From assembly GCF_021869535.1 (NCBI RefSeq), contig NW_026262745.1:35836001-35900000 (forward strand): a DNA stretch of 64,000 bases, in the 5' to 3' direction. Position 1 is the stretch's first letter; every line of letters starts with the position of its first letter. Below are positions 25,808 to 39,700 of this stretch, piece after piece. This stretch comes from Mytilus californianus. Lineage: Eukaryota. The translations under genes were made by a program, and so were the position numbers. The notes beneath the pieces were generated by a model. The model worked only from the letters and a program-made list of their open reading frames with translations, was not told the origin of the DNA and did not search any database.

Positions 25808-26705
25808 ATCAGCAAAAAAAAGTTATCGAACACGGGAAAAGATCAGTTAGACCAGACTGATGATGTACTTGATTTAGAAGAAAGTTTACAAAAGGACCAA
25901 TCCATTTCATCAAAAAATAACGGAAAAACAGATAATGACACTTACATCGGTGATTCTGGATCATTAACACAGTTCGACAGTACAGAAAAAAATAGTAATT
26001 AGTCCTCCTACGGGAATAGTTTCAAACTTTGGATTAATCGAGGAAGAGCTTAACAAATCAAGTAAAACAGGTTGTCACGTTACCGATGAAGGATGTACTG
26101 CGTCCAAAACTTTTGATGAAAGTCGTTCTAGAGATTTTAAAAATAATGAAAAGACCATTGCTAATAATAATCTTTCTAATAATCCGGGAATGATAACTGA
26201 CGCATATCAAAGTGCAACAGGTATATTAACGAATATCAGTCAGGGCAGCAAAATTCCTTTAACAGAGAATGCAAAAATCAAAATTGGAGAAAGAACAAAA
26301 TCAAAATGTGAAGAGTTTAAGCAAGTAGAAGAGACTTTCGTTCAATCGATTAAAGAAAATAAATATGGAACAAACTACATACGTCAAAACTCAAGAACAA
26401 TGTTGCAGAAATCTAAAAGCTTGACTGAAAATCACGACAACGAAACTAATCAAACATATGATCCAAATTATCACAACTCAACATCATATCCTGATAAAAG
26501 TCGTTCATTGTTGACATTGTCGTCGGGCCCAGGCATAAAAAGCAAACCTGTACTATCAAAGACAAAATACTACAGTAAATCTGAAGATCAAACAGAAGGA
26601 AACAAAGTTCATACTGACACCTTAAAAAGGAGTTTTGATGAATTAGTTAAAAAGACTAAAATACCATTTCAGTTAACTGAGGGAAAAGAGCAAACAAAAA
26701 TGTAG
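25808..26705 (+). pseudogene. Disabled continuation of the last exon (S/T/N/K/D-rich low-complexity tail)
   Basis: Frame stays open for about 63 codons after the TAG. A one-base shift at the A7 run (25986-25992) joins a frame that is open to 26705 and includes the 171-aa ORF. Confidence 0.7.
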
Positions 26706-26875
26706 AACATTAAACACTTTTATATATTTTGCAACCAATCAGTAGGTTTTCATATATAATCATTAAATTTATACTGCTATGTTTTATTAATCTGTGTTTT
26801 GTTATCTCTATTACAATGTAGTCGGAAATGCATCTTACAGTTTTTAGTTTAAAATGAAAATACATTTGATAAATT

Positions 26876-27097
26876 TGAGAGCCTCCTCATGGGGTTTTTG
26901 ATTATGTGATTATTTGGCCGTTTGTATGGTGATTATTTGATTACCAGATTAAATATTTCATGATAATTTGATAATCTAGGACTGTAGTTTTAATTATTTG
27001 ATTATCTTGTTTAAAAAAAATACTTAATGATTATGTGATTATATTGGCAAAAAATTGTGATTATGTGATTACTTGGATACCCCAATGAGGGGCTTCA
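26876..27097. mobile_element. MITE with ~19-bp TIRs and internal GATTAT repeats
   Basis: TGAGAGCCTCCTCATGGGGT ... ACCCCAATGAGGGGCTTCA. Confidence 0.7.
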
Positions 27098-28987
27098 TTT
27101 GATGTGCACGAGGCGCTTTTCGTTATTTATCGTCATCGGGAACGCTCTAGTGTTGTTCTTTGGTTTAATTATTAAGATGTGCATAACTACTATTTTTCTT
27201 GGTCAATCATCAATTATTTTAAAACTGATCGTTTCATACGATTTTCACAAAAAATCTAGCCTGTATATGTTGTATATCCTATTTCCTTGGCAAACGCCCA
27301 AGACGAGACATAATACTTTGCAAGACAGATTTTGAATAATACAATTCACTAACTTGTTCATAAACTATTAGTGAATTCAGTTGAGAAAAAATTGACACAT
27401 AGAATTGAAAAAAAACTAAAAATTTAATAAACCGGCCGTGCGTTTCGAAAGAACTTATCGTGGGGTTCGAATCAAAGTAGTTTCAAAAACTAAATTAAGT
27501 GAAATTTCATTTGATGAGCATTGAAACCAAACATTTATTGGTTAGGAAATATATGCCTAGAGTAATGTTTAAATGAAACAAACTTAAGCAGTTTACGAAC
27601 CAAACATGTACAGAGACCAGGGATTCAGAAATTTTGTTACAGCTCACTAGCCCAGGGCTCATTGGTAGCAGGATTTTACTAGCCCTGTTGGAAGAACTGC
27701 TAGCCCATCAAAACTCATTTAACTGACCTGCTAGCCCGAGTATGCCTTACAAATTCAGAGTTTGCTGCGTAATACAATGAATTTTATGAACTTAACAATG
27801 TATGTGTCATTTGGTGAATAGTTGTCTCATTGTCAATCACTCCACATTTTCCTTTTTTTATATTAATTTGATATCTTTAAATGGAATTATTGTTCTGATT
27901 ACATATAAATAGGTATATAATTAATACAATTGTATCTTTCACGCTCGTGTTACAGTAGGGAAGAAAGCTGAATACTGAAACTGATTTTCTGTAGTTCAAT
28001 ATACTATGTAATGTACTTTTTACCAGAAATATTGGTGTAAAAGAAACATTTATTTTTTTGTGAAATGGAAAGATTTTTTTTCGCAAATTTGAAATGTTAA
28101 GTGGCGGAAGTGCGGATGTCGATAGTAAAAAATGTGCAGTTTGTTTGGTGCATTTTTTAGTCTTGTACACGAAAGATACTGACAATGCAGACATGAACTG
28201 CGTATTGCTCTTATATAAAAATAAAGAAATGTGCTATGATTTTTTTTCGTCTACAGGACTACAACTATCAGAGAATAAATACGGTCAAAAGATTTCCATG
28301 CATCGGCTTTACAATATCGGTATTTCTTTATTAATTTCATATTTACCAGTTTGTCTAGACATGAAATTGAAACCATTTAAGGACTGGTTGCTACGTGTTC
28401 CGGTGTCCTCCTTCATTGCCAGACTGTCATCAACGACTGACCTTTGTTTCAATAAAAACATTTAATTTCATATAGTCTGCCGCGAAAAAAATGAGTGAGA
28501 CCGGCAAAATAGCATGTCACTCTATATAAATCGGTAAAATAGCAACTAATTGATTTGTGTCTCGCCTAAGACGAAAGTTGCGGAAAGCGAGGCATGGGTG
28601 ATTTTTTTTCCGGCGACGGCGATAGCGTCATCATTTGTTAAGTTTTCTGCCTTAGTTTGTTGACAGAGACTGCTTGTGTTAATCACTGATATTTATAATA
28701 AATCTGCATTACTAATAGTACATATAAGTTTGACGACTATTTCGAGGCAATGCCCCCTTTGTCATGGTACTGCAACTTTGAATTAACTAGCAATTTCCAA
28801 TTTAAGTTTTCTGCTTCAGTTAGTTTGAAAGTAACTACTTGTGATAGATCATTGATATTTAATAAGAATTAGGTCTTTTTTTTTAGGATTTTTACATATC
28901 TTTGTGTGAACTGTTTATCGTAATGCTACATGTTTTAAGGTACCGTTATCAATTTAATGTCTGCACGATAAACTTGTCAAGGAACAT

Positions 28988-29413
28988 CACCTAAGGGTGA
29001 CTGGAGAAACGAAATATGGTCACTTGGTCTTGTCCGACCGACAGTAAAACGCTTGCCAAAGTGGGGCGTCCGTTTGGCTGTGCGGGATGAATCAAGTTTG
29101 CAGCCACGTCCGGTCAGAATTAAGAACGTAAAATCCAATGCCTCGTGTAAAGTGAGAGCCACGCTCTTTGCACGTTAAGAACCCTTGCAACAACTATTTG
29201 AGGTATCCGTTGGTGGCCTGTTACAAGGCAAAATTTCTGTCCCTACCCAATATATCCTCATTTTCCAGTGGCAGTCCAAATTTCCCCGACCATCATCTCG
29301 AATGGCCTCTATTATTACAAGACCTACCTATTGTATTTATTGTTAACCGATTTTTGTCCTGAACATGCATAACATATTTGCCACTGGACGTTAAGCAACT
29401 AACAATCAATCCA
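28988..29413 (+). mobile_element. 5'-truncated SINE (Meta-domain-like) with target-site duplication
   Basis: TSD TCAAGGAACAT at 28977-28987 and 29414-29424; TTTGCACGTTAAGAACCC central motif; tail GGACGTTAAGCAACTAACAATCAATC. Confidence 0.8.
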
Positions 29414-29899
29414 TCAAGGAACATATATTTTCAATTTATACATGTAGAGATAATATAAATCAATTATAAGAGGTATTCTTTTGTCCATCATTTTGTTTGG
29501 GTTTAGTAATGTTGTAATGTGTGTAATGTTCTGTTGACTTATTTGTCTTTTTGTCGCCTTTCTTTTTTACCATAACGCAATGAGTATCTATTCAACTTAT
29601 GAATTTGGAATGATTCCTTGGAACCCTACACCTTTTTAAATGCGGAATAAATTAAACTTTGCATTACTTATTTATCAGAAATGTTCAAGATTATCAGATC
29701 AAATTATTATTTTATGTAATGATACAATCATGGTACTGACATGACTGATATTGATTTAGATTTTCGTTCGAATGAAAAAGAGTCGAACGAGTAAATAAAG
29801 GCGAATAGACATGAGTGGGAACGGAAAAGAGGCGAAAAGACATGAGGGCGAACGGACCCGGATTTTTTTCGCAAACCCCTTATAAGTTTTATCTCCCCT

Positions 29900-30608
29900 T
29901 GTTGACAGAACTTTTATATCCGGCAACCTACAAGATACATGTCAATAAACCTTGATGTTTTTTGTTTTGTGAAATATGATTTATACCTGCAATATTGGAA
30001 AACGCAGCTTTTGTGTGCATGGCAGTAGGACTCGTAGGAAAATTAATGAATAGTTTGTTCAATGAAAACATTGACTGGTACACCAGCTTCACTGCTCTTC
30101 CAACGCTCCTCACGCTAACCCCGATCAAGTCTCCAACCTCTCTATAGAAGCAACCTGTTGCTAAAAATTGTAAACAGGTCAAGATTTGTAATATGGGGGT
30201 TAAGGCTTGGTTCCTCTTGGATTTTATTAAGGAATTGTATATCAGTCCAGTAATGTAAATGATAGAATCTGGCCGAAATCTATAGCAAGACCTCCTCTGC
30301 TGACAGGGATTCCAATGGGTTTGACCTGTCTGCAAAAATCGCGTTGAGGTGCCCGGCGTCTCCTTTGTCGCCTTCTTATTTCTCTATGTCCGGCAGCCGG
30401 CATTTTTTTCTTGAGCACGAGATTCGAGACAAGTGCTTGCCATTCTCAATTATATGGAGTATACTCAACAGTCTTGAGCACGATTCTCGTACTCCAAAGT
30501 TTTATGACCGCATGAAATTTGGAGTACAAAATTTTCGAGCACGAATTTGAATTTGGAGAACAAATTTTGTACTCCGAGTACTGAGCAAAGTTTTATGACC
30601 GCAAGGCC
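29900..30608 (-). mobile_element. Truncated Harbinger/PIF transposon: 5' end plus first transposase exon (29987-30403), frameshifted
   Basis: After correcting two frameshifts: DRSNPLESLSAEEV..RFRP..RNQALTPILQILTCLQFLATG..VGDLIGVS..FPT..KAAFSNIAG|gt (HARBI1-like HTH); terminal GGCCTTGCGGTCATAAAAC with an internal repeat. Confidence 0.8.
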
Positions 30609-30609
30609 A

Positions 30610-32370
30610 GAAGTATGATATGTGTAATGTAAACTTGTTGACCTTTCATTTGATGTGCAACAACACCATCATCTAGTAAGTTTGATTTTTCGACTTATTA
30701 ACCCCATTCAACTCATTTTTAAAGGACAGGAATTTGATATTTGAAATATACATACAACGACCTTTCATTTGATATGCAACAACCTTACCTCCTAGGACAA
30801 TTTATTTTTTGCACTCAGTGACCCCACCCAACCCATTCTTGGGGGACAGAAATTTGATATTTAAAAAATACGCTTTCATTTAATATGCGACAACCTTACC
30901 ATCAGAAGTTTTAATTTTTGCACTTGATGACCCCACCATTCTTTTTTCGGATGAAAAAGGGGTTTAAAATTTTCATTTTTGAATAGAGCTCGTTTGGATG
31001 TTCATTTTCAAATGTCACATGACTCTATTTTGCAAAGTCCAAAAAAATAGAACTTATGAAACTTACAAAGTCAATGTAAAACATCAAAATTTCAAACTGC
31101 TTTTTTTCTTTGTTTTCCATCAAATGTTTTTGGTATTGAAAATTTGAAGGGGTTAGCTGCTGAATTTCAGAAACTTTTGCCCCCACCCCCTGCAAAAAAC
31201 TTCAAACTGCAATATCTCTAAATGGAAAACAGGTATTTCAAATCTACTTAGTGTAAGATGATCTGCAGATGAAGTATAATACTGTCCAAAGACAATTGGG
31301 GCAATTCCTTAGCTCATTAGGGTTCAATGAATAATTAAATATATGATGCATACCGAACTTGAGAACCGGAAGTCTTAGAGACATGAGACTACCACCATTC
31401 AACTCAGGACCCCTTCCCTTTTCAAAAGGTCACAAGGTTATAATACCCTTTGAAGGTCAAGGTGAAATTTCCTCATGATCTTGACATTGACTTCAAATTG
31501 AAGGCCTTATAATACTTATCATTTTTGCAGTATATAGAAGGTTGATATCTGTTACCGTTTCAAAGATATACACAAAAAACTATACTTTAAAGAATCATTT
31601 TGTCGTAACGTTTGAACAGATGACCGGACAGTTTTAGGTCGAATGTCTAAAATGTAGAACTTTTCGAGAGGAACATTTAATACGCTGTGTAAATGCAGAT
31701 ATCTCTTATCATTTTGTAAATATTGAAGCTTGAATTTAAGCGTAAAAATGTTTTTGCACTCTATGACCATTGACCTTGGCTGCAAATGAAAGGTCACATG
31801 AACTAAAGATTATTGGTGAAGGTCCAATGTATCTACGACTTCCGGTTCTCGAAATATAATTTTTCAAAATTTGTGTACAATATTTCAAGGGAAATAACTC
31901 TTATAAGGGTTGATAACAAAATAATTGTTTATTATCTGTTCCTGTACATGTTGTCATTTTCAGATCGACTCTATCTGTTACAATTTTTAAGATATATGCA
32001 AATAAAAGAAATTGTTTCAAGGGGATATAATGGAAATGATGAAATCCTACGCAGCCTCATCTCATAATACTTCCTGATGAGATCTACCTATTGTCCAAAT
32101 AAGGTTATGATATCTTCAAAAACAACAATGGGGGGCCATGTCGAAAAACAAAAACAATGAAAGGGAGATAACTTCTAAGGAGGATAATGAAATCCTACAC
32201 AGGGCATCTATAATACTTCATGATGAGGTCTATCGATGGTAAAAATTTGGTCATGATGACTTCAATAGAAACGGGGGAGGCCATGTCAAAAAATGTTGGA
32301 AGAAAAAAACCGAAAAAAAACCATTAGAAAAACAATAATGTCTTTCTTAACGTAGGGGAAAGACCTCAAT
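30610..32370 (+). mobile_element. Non-autonomous Helitron/Helentron-associated (HINE-like) element with internal satellite units
   Basis: ~115-bp units (TTTCATTTGATATGCAACAACC at 30644, 30762, 30874); ~150-bp AAGGGAGATAACT units; 3' hairpin GTCTTTC-11nt-GAAAGAC at 32340-32364. Confidence 0.55.
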
Positions 32371-32374
32371 CATG

Positions 32375-35300
32375 TTAGTATCGCAGCACTGAATCAGTAC
32401 TGAAAATACCCTAAGTGGAAATAACAATCACCAAAACAATAAACCGGTATCAAGCTTGTAATCGTTATTAAAAGAAAATACTCTTATTGATATTTGGCGT
32501 GTGATGAATGAAAATGTACAACAGCTTACCTGGAGGAGAAAAGATAAATCTCAGGCGAGTAGAATAGATCTAATATTGATTGGTAACAATTTAAGACCTC
32601 AGATGGATACATGCAACATTAAACCGGCAACGATTCAGTATACTGATCATCTGAGTGTTTGATTAACATTTAAAACGGGGGCGTCAGAAAAAGGACTTGG
32701 ATTTTTGAAACTAAATAATTCTATCTTAGAAAATAAAGATTATCAAAGTTTAAATAACAATTTGATTACGAACATTTTAAATCAATACCAAAATAGAGAA
32801 ACAGAATGTCGGATTTGTTGGGATATATTAAAACTTAAAATTAAAGAAGCTACTGTAAAATATTGTAAATCAAAAGATAAACCCAAAAGAGAAGTCACAC
32901 GCACCTTAGAAAAAGAATCACAAGAAAAGATGGTTGAAAGAGACCAATTAAATTTGTTTAACTCTAGTTTAGATGATCGTATTAAAAATTTGGAATCAGA
33001 ACTGAATAAGATCTATGACGAAAAAGCCATTGGTGCACAAATCAGAGCCAGAGAAAAATGGGTTGAATTGGAGAAAAAAAAAATGCGTATTTTTTGGGAC
33101 TTGAAAAGCAAAGACAAATTAAGAAATCGATAAATAAATTATTAGATGAAAAAAACAATGTTTTAAAAGATCAAAGCAAGATATTACTTGAAATTAAAAA
33201 CTATTATGAAAAATTATTTTCTTCACAAAATCCGAATGATACATTATCTCAAGAATACATTAAAAATACAAAATAAGAAAAAAAATTAAATGACGAAGAA
33301 AAGCTATAATGTGATGGTTTTGTTACGCTTGAAGAGAGTTCTGAAGCAATTAAAAATATGAAATTGAATAAGTCTCCTGGGCTTGACGGTTTAACCGTAG
33401 AATTTCACAAAATGTTTTGGGAGAAGCTTACATATATACTTGTTAAAGTATATATTAAGGCTCATGAAGATAGTTTATTGACTTACTCGTAGCGGTCTAG
33501 TGTATTTGTCATTAATATTAAAAAAAGGGGACCCATTAAATTAAAAAATTATAGACCAATGTCATTATTAAACGTAGATCTTAAAGTTCTGTCCAATGTA
33601 CTAGCTCAACGACTGAAAAAAGTGCTACCAAAACTCATAAACACAGATCAATCTGGATACATACAACATAGATTTATTGGATTCAATTTAAGGCAGATAC
33701 AAGATATTATAGATTATGCAGATATATATATAATATAGAAGGGGCTAAAGCCTTTGACACTCTAGAATGGAAATTTATGTTAGATACTTTATATCACTTT
33801 GGATTCAATGAATCATTCATAAATTGGGTGAAAACTTTGTATACTGATATTCAAACATGTATTATTAATAATGGGTGGATTTCAGAAATGTTTAAGAATT
33901 CAAGAGGGATTAGGCAAGGGTGTACTTTATCTGCTCAACTTTTTGTCATATCCGTTGAAATATTGGCACTGAAACTTCGAAATAACAAAGATATAAAGGA
34001 TTTCAGATAAAATTTGATAGAAAAACACATTGTATTTAAATAGACCAATTGGCTGATGACACAACTTTATTTTTTTAATGATTAAAATGACATCGAACTA
34101 GCATTGAATGAAATTGAAATCTTTGGATTTTATTAAGGATTAATCATAAATAAAAATAAAACAGAAGGGATATGGATAGGAAAACTCAAAAACAGTAAAG
34201 ACAAAATAGCAAATATTAACTGGACAGATAAATCTGTAAAAGCTTTAGGGATTTATTTTGGACATGATAATGAAGAATATGAGAAATTAAATTTTTAAAA
34301 TAAATGAGAGAAAATGGATAAATTGTTTATTCTTTGGAAAAAGCGAAATCTCACTATGTTGGAATGACAAACCAGATAAAGTTAAAAGAAATACGATGAT
34401 TGGTAGATATGAAAACGGGAGAATCTTAAATACAGATATTGCCAGATGGCAACTTATACCTTTAAAATATTTATAAGGCTTAGGAAAAAAATGCCTAGTA
34501 GTTTATATGAATATGGATTATAATAAAGTTGATCTATATCTACCTAATATTCCAAAATTTTCATTATTAAAAAAAAAAAAATATTCCAAAATTTTATAAA
34601 AATGTATTAAAAAGCTGGACGAAAGTAGGAGGAGGACAGACAGATAAACCAAAAACCTTTTACGAAATTAGAAAACAAATTATTTGGGGGAATAAATACA
34701 TTAAATTTGATAACAAAAGTCTATTTTTCAAAAATTGGATAAACAGGAAGTTGATTTATATAAATGATATTTTAGATGAAAATGGGGAAATTTCACAAGA
34801 TGTAATTTTGCAAAAAATAGAAAATAAATCCAACTGGATAGCTGAGTTAACATCCTTAAAAAACGCAATTCCAAAAGATTGGTTACAATGTCTTAGATCA
34901 GAGAATTTTACGAGAAGTAGAGTCAATGTAAAAAGACAATGTTTGTCAATAAGTGGTAATTATATTGACATTTCTTTTTTGTCAAATAAGTTATTATATA
35001 ACAGATTAGTAAAGAAAAAAGTTGTGAAACCGATTGGTATAAATGTATGGTTAAATGTATTACCATTACAGACAGAATTTCATTTGAAACCATTGTACAA
35101 CTTCATTTTTTACTATTTAGAAGAAAATAAATTGAAGATGTATCGATGGAAACTTTTACAAAGTATATTACCTACTAAAAAGTTACTGTTTAGATGGAAG
35201 GTAACAGACAATTATTTATGTAACAAATGCTTTACTGAAGAAGATTATCATCACCATTTTATATCATGTTCTTTTTTAAACAATTTTTGGAGAAAATGTA

Positions 35301-35694
35301 TTGCAAAAAGTAAATATAGAAAAAGCTATCACATTAAAAGATATTGTTTTTGGCTATAAAATATCAGATGAATATTACTTTAGCTTAAACTATCTTATTA
35401 CTATTATTGGATTTTCAATTTATAAATCCTACTATGTATCTGATCAAAAAATGAAAGGACTTGATGTATTTGTCTATTCATTAGAGAATTTACAAAACGA
35501 TTGTATTATACAAAGAAGTTGGAAGAAGTTAAATTCTTAGTTAATGTAAAAAACTATTTGTTAGATTGATGTTTTATTTATTAATATAATAGAATTGAAA
35601 ATTATACTTATTCTTCACAAGGAGCTTGGACTTGTTGAAGACAATGTAACAAGCAACTGATGGAAATAAAGAAATTTTAAATTAAAAAAAAAAA
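32375..35694 (+). mobile_element. L1/Tx1-clade LINE, 5'-truncated ORF2 pseudogene
   Basis: EN end (SRIDL..TDHLSV, LKLNNSIL); RT (KSPGLDGL, NYRPMSLLNVD, KAFDTLEW, RGIRQGC.LS, QLADDTT); C-terminal CNKC..EDYHHHFISC; AATAAA and A-tail at 35665-35694; many stops and frameshifts. Confidence 0.92.
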
Positions 35695-36132
35695 GTAAAT
35701 ACCTTAAGGGACTAGCAAGACACCAACAGTTGAACCGATCGCAAACCAATGCTAGAAAATCGTATCCTAATTCATTTTGGAAATTTAGTGCATCGGAAGC
35801 GTTTTTCTCGATTTACATATTGAATTATTGACGTTGATGTATTTACGTTTGAAAAAAAGAAATCGTCAGTAAAGGAGTCGAAAAACGAGTATACACTAGT
35901 CAACATAATAATCTAAAAGAATAACGCTGACATATTCTGTTTAAAGTTAAGGAAACATTCATTAACTTAAAGTTAATTATGTAAACGATAGGTTATTTCT
36001 TTAACTGTACTTGTAAAAACTACGTATCCTATATATAAGTAAATTATAATAACAATATCATGATTTGAATGTACCTGTCTTCGATGCCATCCTTTGTATT
36101 CTTATATGCAATGTATACACACTAGTTGCCTG

Positions 36133-36490
36133 ATGAAATTAATAAAGTGTTTTCATTTTTAACAGCGCTGGGTCCATACCGCTGCGGGTGGACTATAAGT
36201 CCCCGAGGAGGGTATCATCAGCTCAGTAGTCAGTCCTTCGGTACTGACATGATTTTTATCAAACCTTTATCAAATTGATAAGACACTAAGGTTTCAACTC
36301 CCTCAGGCAAAGATGACCTTAAATGGATCCGGCTATTATTCTTATGTCCTTTTTGGTCATAAAGCTCTCCAACTGTTTCGATTTTTATTCATCTTTGGCT
36401 TTCAAACATTCGGCATTGAGCGTTCCTGATGAAGGCAAATCCAGAAAAAGCGATTTGGACGCATGAAATTAATAAAATGTTGTTTTAATT
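36133..36490 (+). mobile_element. Retrozyme-like monomer, family 2 (~330-bp period)
   Basis: ATGAAATTAATAAA repeated at 36133 and 36463; hammerhead-like motif at 36420-36462 (GCGUUC CUGAUGA AGGCAAAUCCA GAAA..GGACGC) with a degenerate cleavage site. Confidence 0.7.
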
Positions 36491-36724
36491 TTTTGCCGTT
36501 GGTATTTTGTTGTCTCACGTTGTATATTTCCTGTAGATTGCTAATTCCTTGTTGTCTCATTGTCAATATAATTCAACTAATTCAACCTAAAGTACGTAAT
36601 TTCACAGTAACTCTAAAGCCCAGCTTATAATTGCTGATAACATTGATGTTTATAGTTCGGAAAGAGATTTCATGGGGCACTAGAAAGACCCATCAATAAG
36701 GAGATGTGATATGATTGCCAATGA

Positions 36725-39700
36725 TTCAATTCAAAATATTTTTTATTGTTCAAATATCAAATCGTTGTTGCAGTGAGTCAGGGGAGGCAATCCCCCCACT
36801 TCTTGAAATATTATATTGGGTATACATATATAAATAATAACTATGTGACAAAAGTCTTTGCAAGATCTACTGAAAGTGGTGTCGAATTTTATACAATATT
36901 GATAAGTGTTGGTAAGGAATCAAATAGATCGTTTAAGTGATATTTTTCCTCAAATTCACAAACTCACTGCAACAAAGTTGTTCTATTTATATGAATAACA
37001 AGAATTATTGGCCTTTATTTTGCAATACATAAGTAATTTAGTATACCATCTTATTACAAGACTATTAATTTCTTGATTTTTTTTTTTGAAAATATAATTA
37101 CTAATACAAAATATGAAATAAAATATTTATAAATTTATTTGCAAAAGGATGCTAAACACAATTGGTTGTTTTTTGGTGTTAGGGGTTAGGTTTGTCTTTA
37201 ACTAAGACTAAAGAGTGGTACACTGTGGTTATAGGGTGATTTCTAAACAGTTATATTATCACATGAAATATTATAAAAATCTTCCAGTTTCATAAATATA
37301 TTGATGTACATAAGTAAATATCTATGTGTTTTCATCAATATTTAAGTCTGAGCAACCCTGTAGTAGGATATCAAGATTGACATTATCAAAGTTCCTTAGT
37401 TTTCGAAAGAGCTCATATCTCTGACAAATGTAAAATGGACAAGCATAAAAGAAATGAAAATTATCTTCTATCGGGTCTCCACAGGCACATACAGAGTCGT
37501 CTGACAAATGATCACAGAAGAGATGATGTTTTAGATCACTAGCCTCATTTCTTAATTGGCAGTGGATTATATTAACTTTTCGTGAACCAGTGGAAAAGAA
37601 AACCGGACAAGGACTTATGTCCTCATTCAGTTTTCTTTTGAATCCTGTAAAGCTTATAATATTTTTAACTTCTCCATCAAGTGAATTCCACTTATCAAGA
37701 GTATGTGGAATAAAACTGTTCTTATAGGCTGTGGTTCGACACTGAGGAGTTTTAATTTCCCTTTCATTTCTTAATCCATACTGGACATTAGTGTTTGCAT
37801 ACGACAAGATATCAGCAGCAATGTAATTAGAAATATCCCCAGAAATAGTTTTATGAAGAAACAATAATTCTTTTTTCTGACGTCTATTCTGGAGGGAATC
37901 CCACCCTAATTCCTTGTATAGTTTCAATCTAGGAGTTCCCTTTCGAAGCCCAGTTACAATTCTAGCAGCAGGTAGTTGTACAGACTCAATTAGATCTGAT
38001 TCTTCTTTTGTGCAGTTATCCCAAATTATGTTCCCATGTTCCAAAATAGGCCTAATAAATGCAATATAAAGTCTTTCCAGAGACTGTCTATCAATCTTAT
38101 GTTTTAAATATCTCATAATATTAAGACGTCTACAAGCTTTTGAATAAATATCCTGTGACTTGCCCATCTGGCATTAGATGATAGGGTTCTTCCAAGATGT
38201 TTATGTTCTGAGATATTTTCTAGAGGTGCATTATTCATGCATAATGATGCGACATCAATATTACTTTTTCTCGTAAAGTACATAAATTTGGTTTTGTCTG
38301 CATTGAAGGTTACACCCCATTCTCCTGCCCACTGATCTAATTATTCTAGATCATGACCCAGGGAGTCAGCTGCTGATTTCTCATCATCTACAACACAATA
38401 TAGACAAGTATCATCTGCAAACAGTTTTATTTTGTTTGTAACTACATCTACTATGTCATTCACAAACAATAAAAGCAGAAAAGGGCCCAAGATGGACCCT
38501 TGAGGGACTCCTGCCTTGACAGTATTCAAATTAGACAAAAAAAAACATTTACTCCAACGCTTTGTTGTCTTTCAGAAAGATAACTTTTGAACCAGTTAAG
38601 CAAATTACCCTTTATTCCATATTTTCTTAATTTATACAGAAGTCCCATGTGCCAAACGCGATCAAATGCCTTTGACACATCACAAAAAATAAATCTGACA
38701 TTTTCCCTTTGTCAAGATTTTTTACAATCTCATCATATAATAAAAGTAACTGATTTATAGTAGAATCCTTGTTACGGAACCCTGACTGTTGATCAGTTAA
38801 TATTGCATGATCATGTATATAGTTACTTAAATTCTTAAGAAATAATTTTCTTCAATATTTTGCTAAAACAATTAGTAACAGAGATAGGCCTGTAGTTTGA
38901 AACACTGTCCTGATCTCCTTTAACCTTGTAAATAGCTGATACATTTGCAAGTTTCCAATCACTGGGAACTATTCCAGTTTGTAAGCTTTTATTAAATATG
39001 AATGTTAGGGGTGTAACCAGTGATGGGAAAATTGCCTTGAGAAATTTTGGAGGTAGCTTGTCAGGTCCGGCTGGTTTGTTAATATTTAAAATTTGGAAAT
39101 GGTCAATCACGTCCTGCTCTGTTATCACTATGTCAGGCAGCTCATAGGGTGCCAAAGGTGGGACATTAGGCAATTGCGGTTCTGTATCAAATCTTGATAT
39201 TGTGCAAAAATAGTCATTAATGGCTGTGGCTTTTTCAACGGGGTGAATTAGAATCTCTCCATTTACCTTAATGGGAGAATTTTGACTCTCTTTATTTTTA
39301 AATTTGCAAACACTCTTAGCTATTCTCCACCACTTCCCGGGGGGGATTGATTTATCGACTAGGGAATTGTGCAAATTAACCAGGTACTGACGTCTAGCTT
39401 CTCTTACTAGATCAATCACTTCATTTCTAAGTTCTTTAAATTTTTTCCGATCTGAAACTAAATTTCTTGATTTAGCTTTTTTGTAAGCACGGTTACGCTT
39501 TCGCATTTAAGCTTTAATACTGGTTGTGATCCAAGGTTTGTCCCTGGGTCTAACCAGTACTTTTCTTTTAGGAATATATGTGTCCATGACATGATGAACT
39601 TCTTGGTTAATTATACCATTTATTCTATTAATGTCATGAAGATTTTTGAAGCATTCATTCCAATTTTTTCCTTGTAAATACATGTTTGCTGATGCATAAT

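Noticed and set aside
25805-25813. Programmed read-through or selenocysteine decoding of the host gene stop
   Set aside because: The codon is TAG, not TGA; the context TAG-ATC is not a known leaky motif; and a frameshift follows downstream
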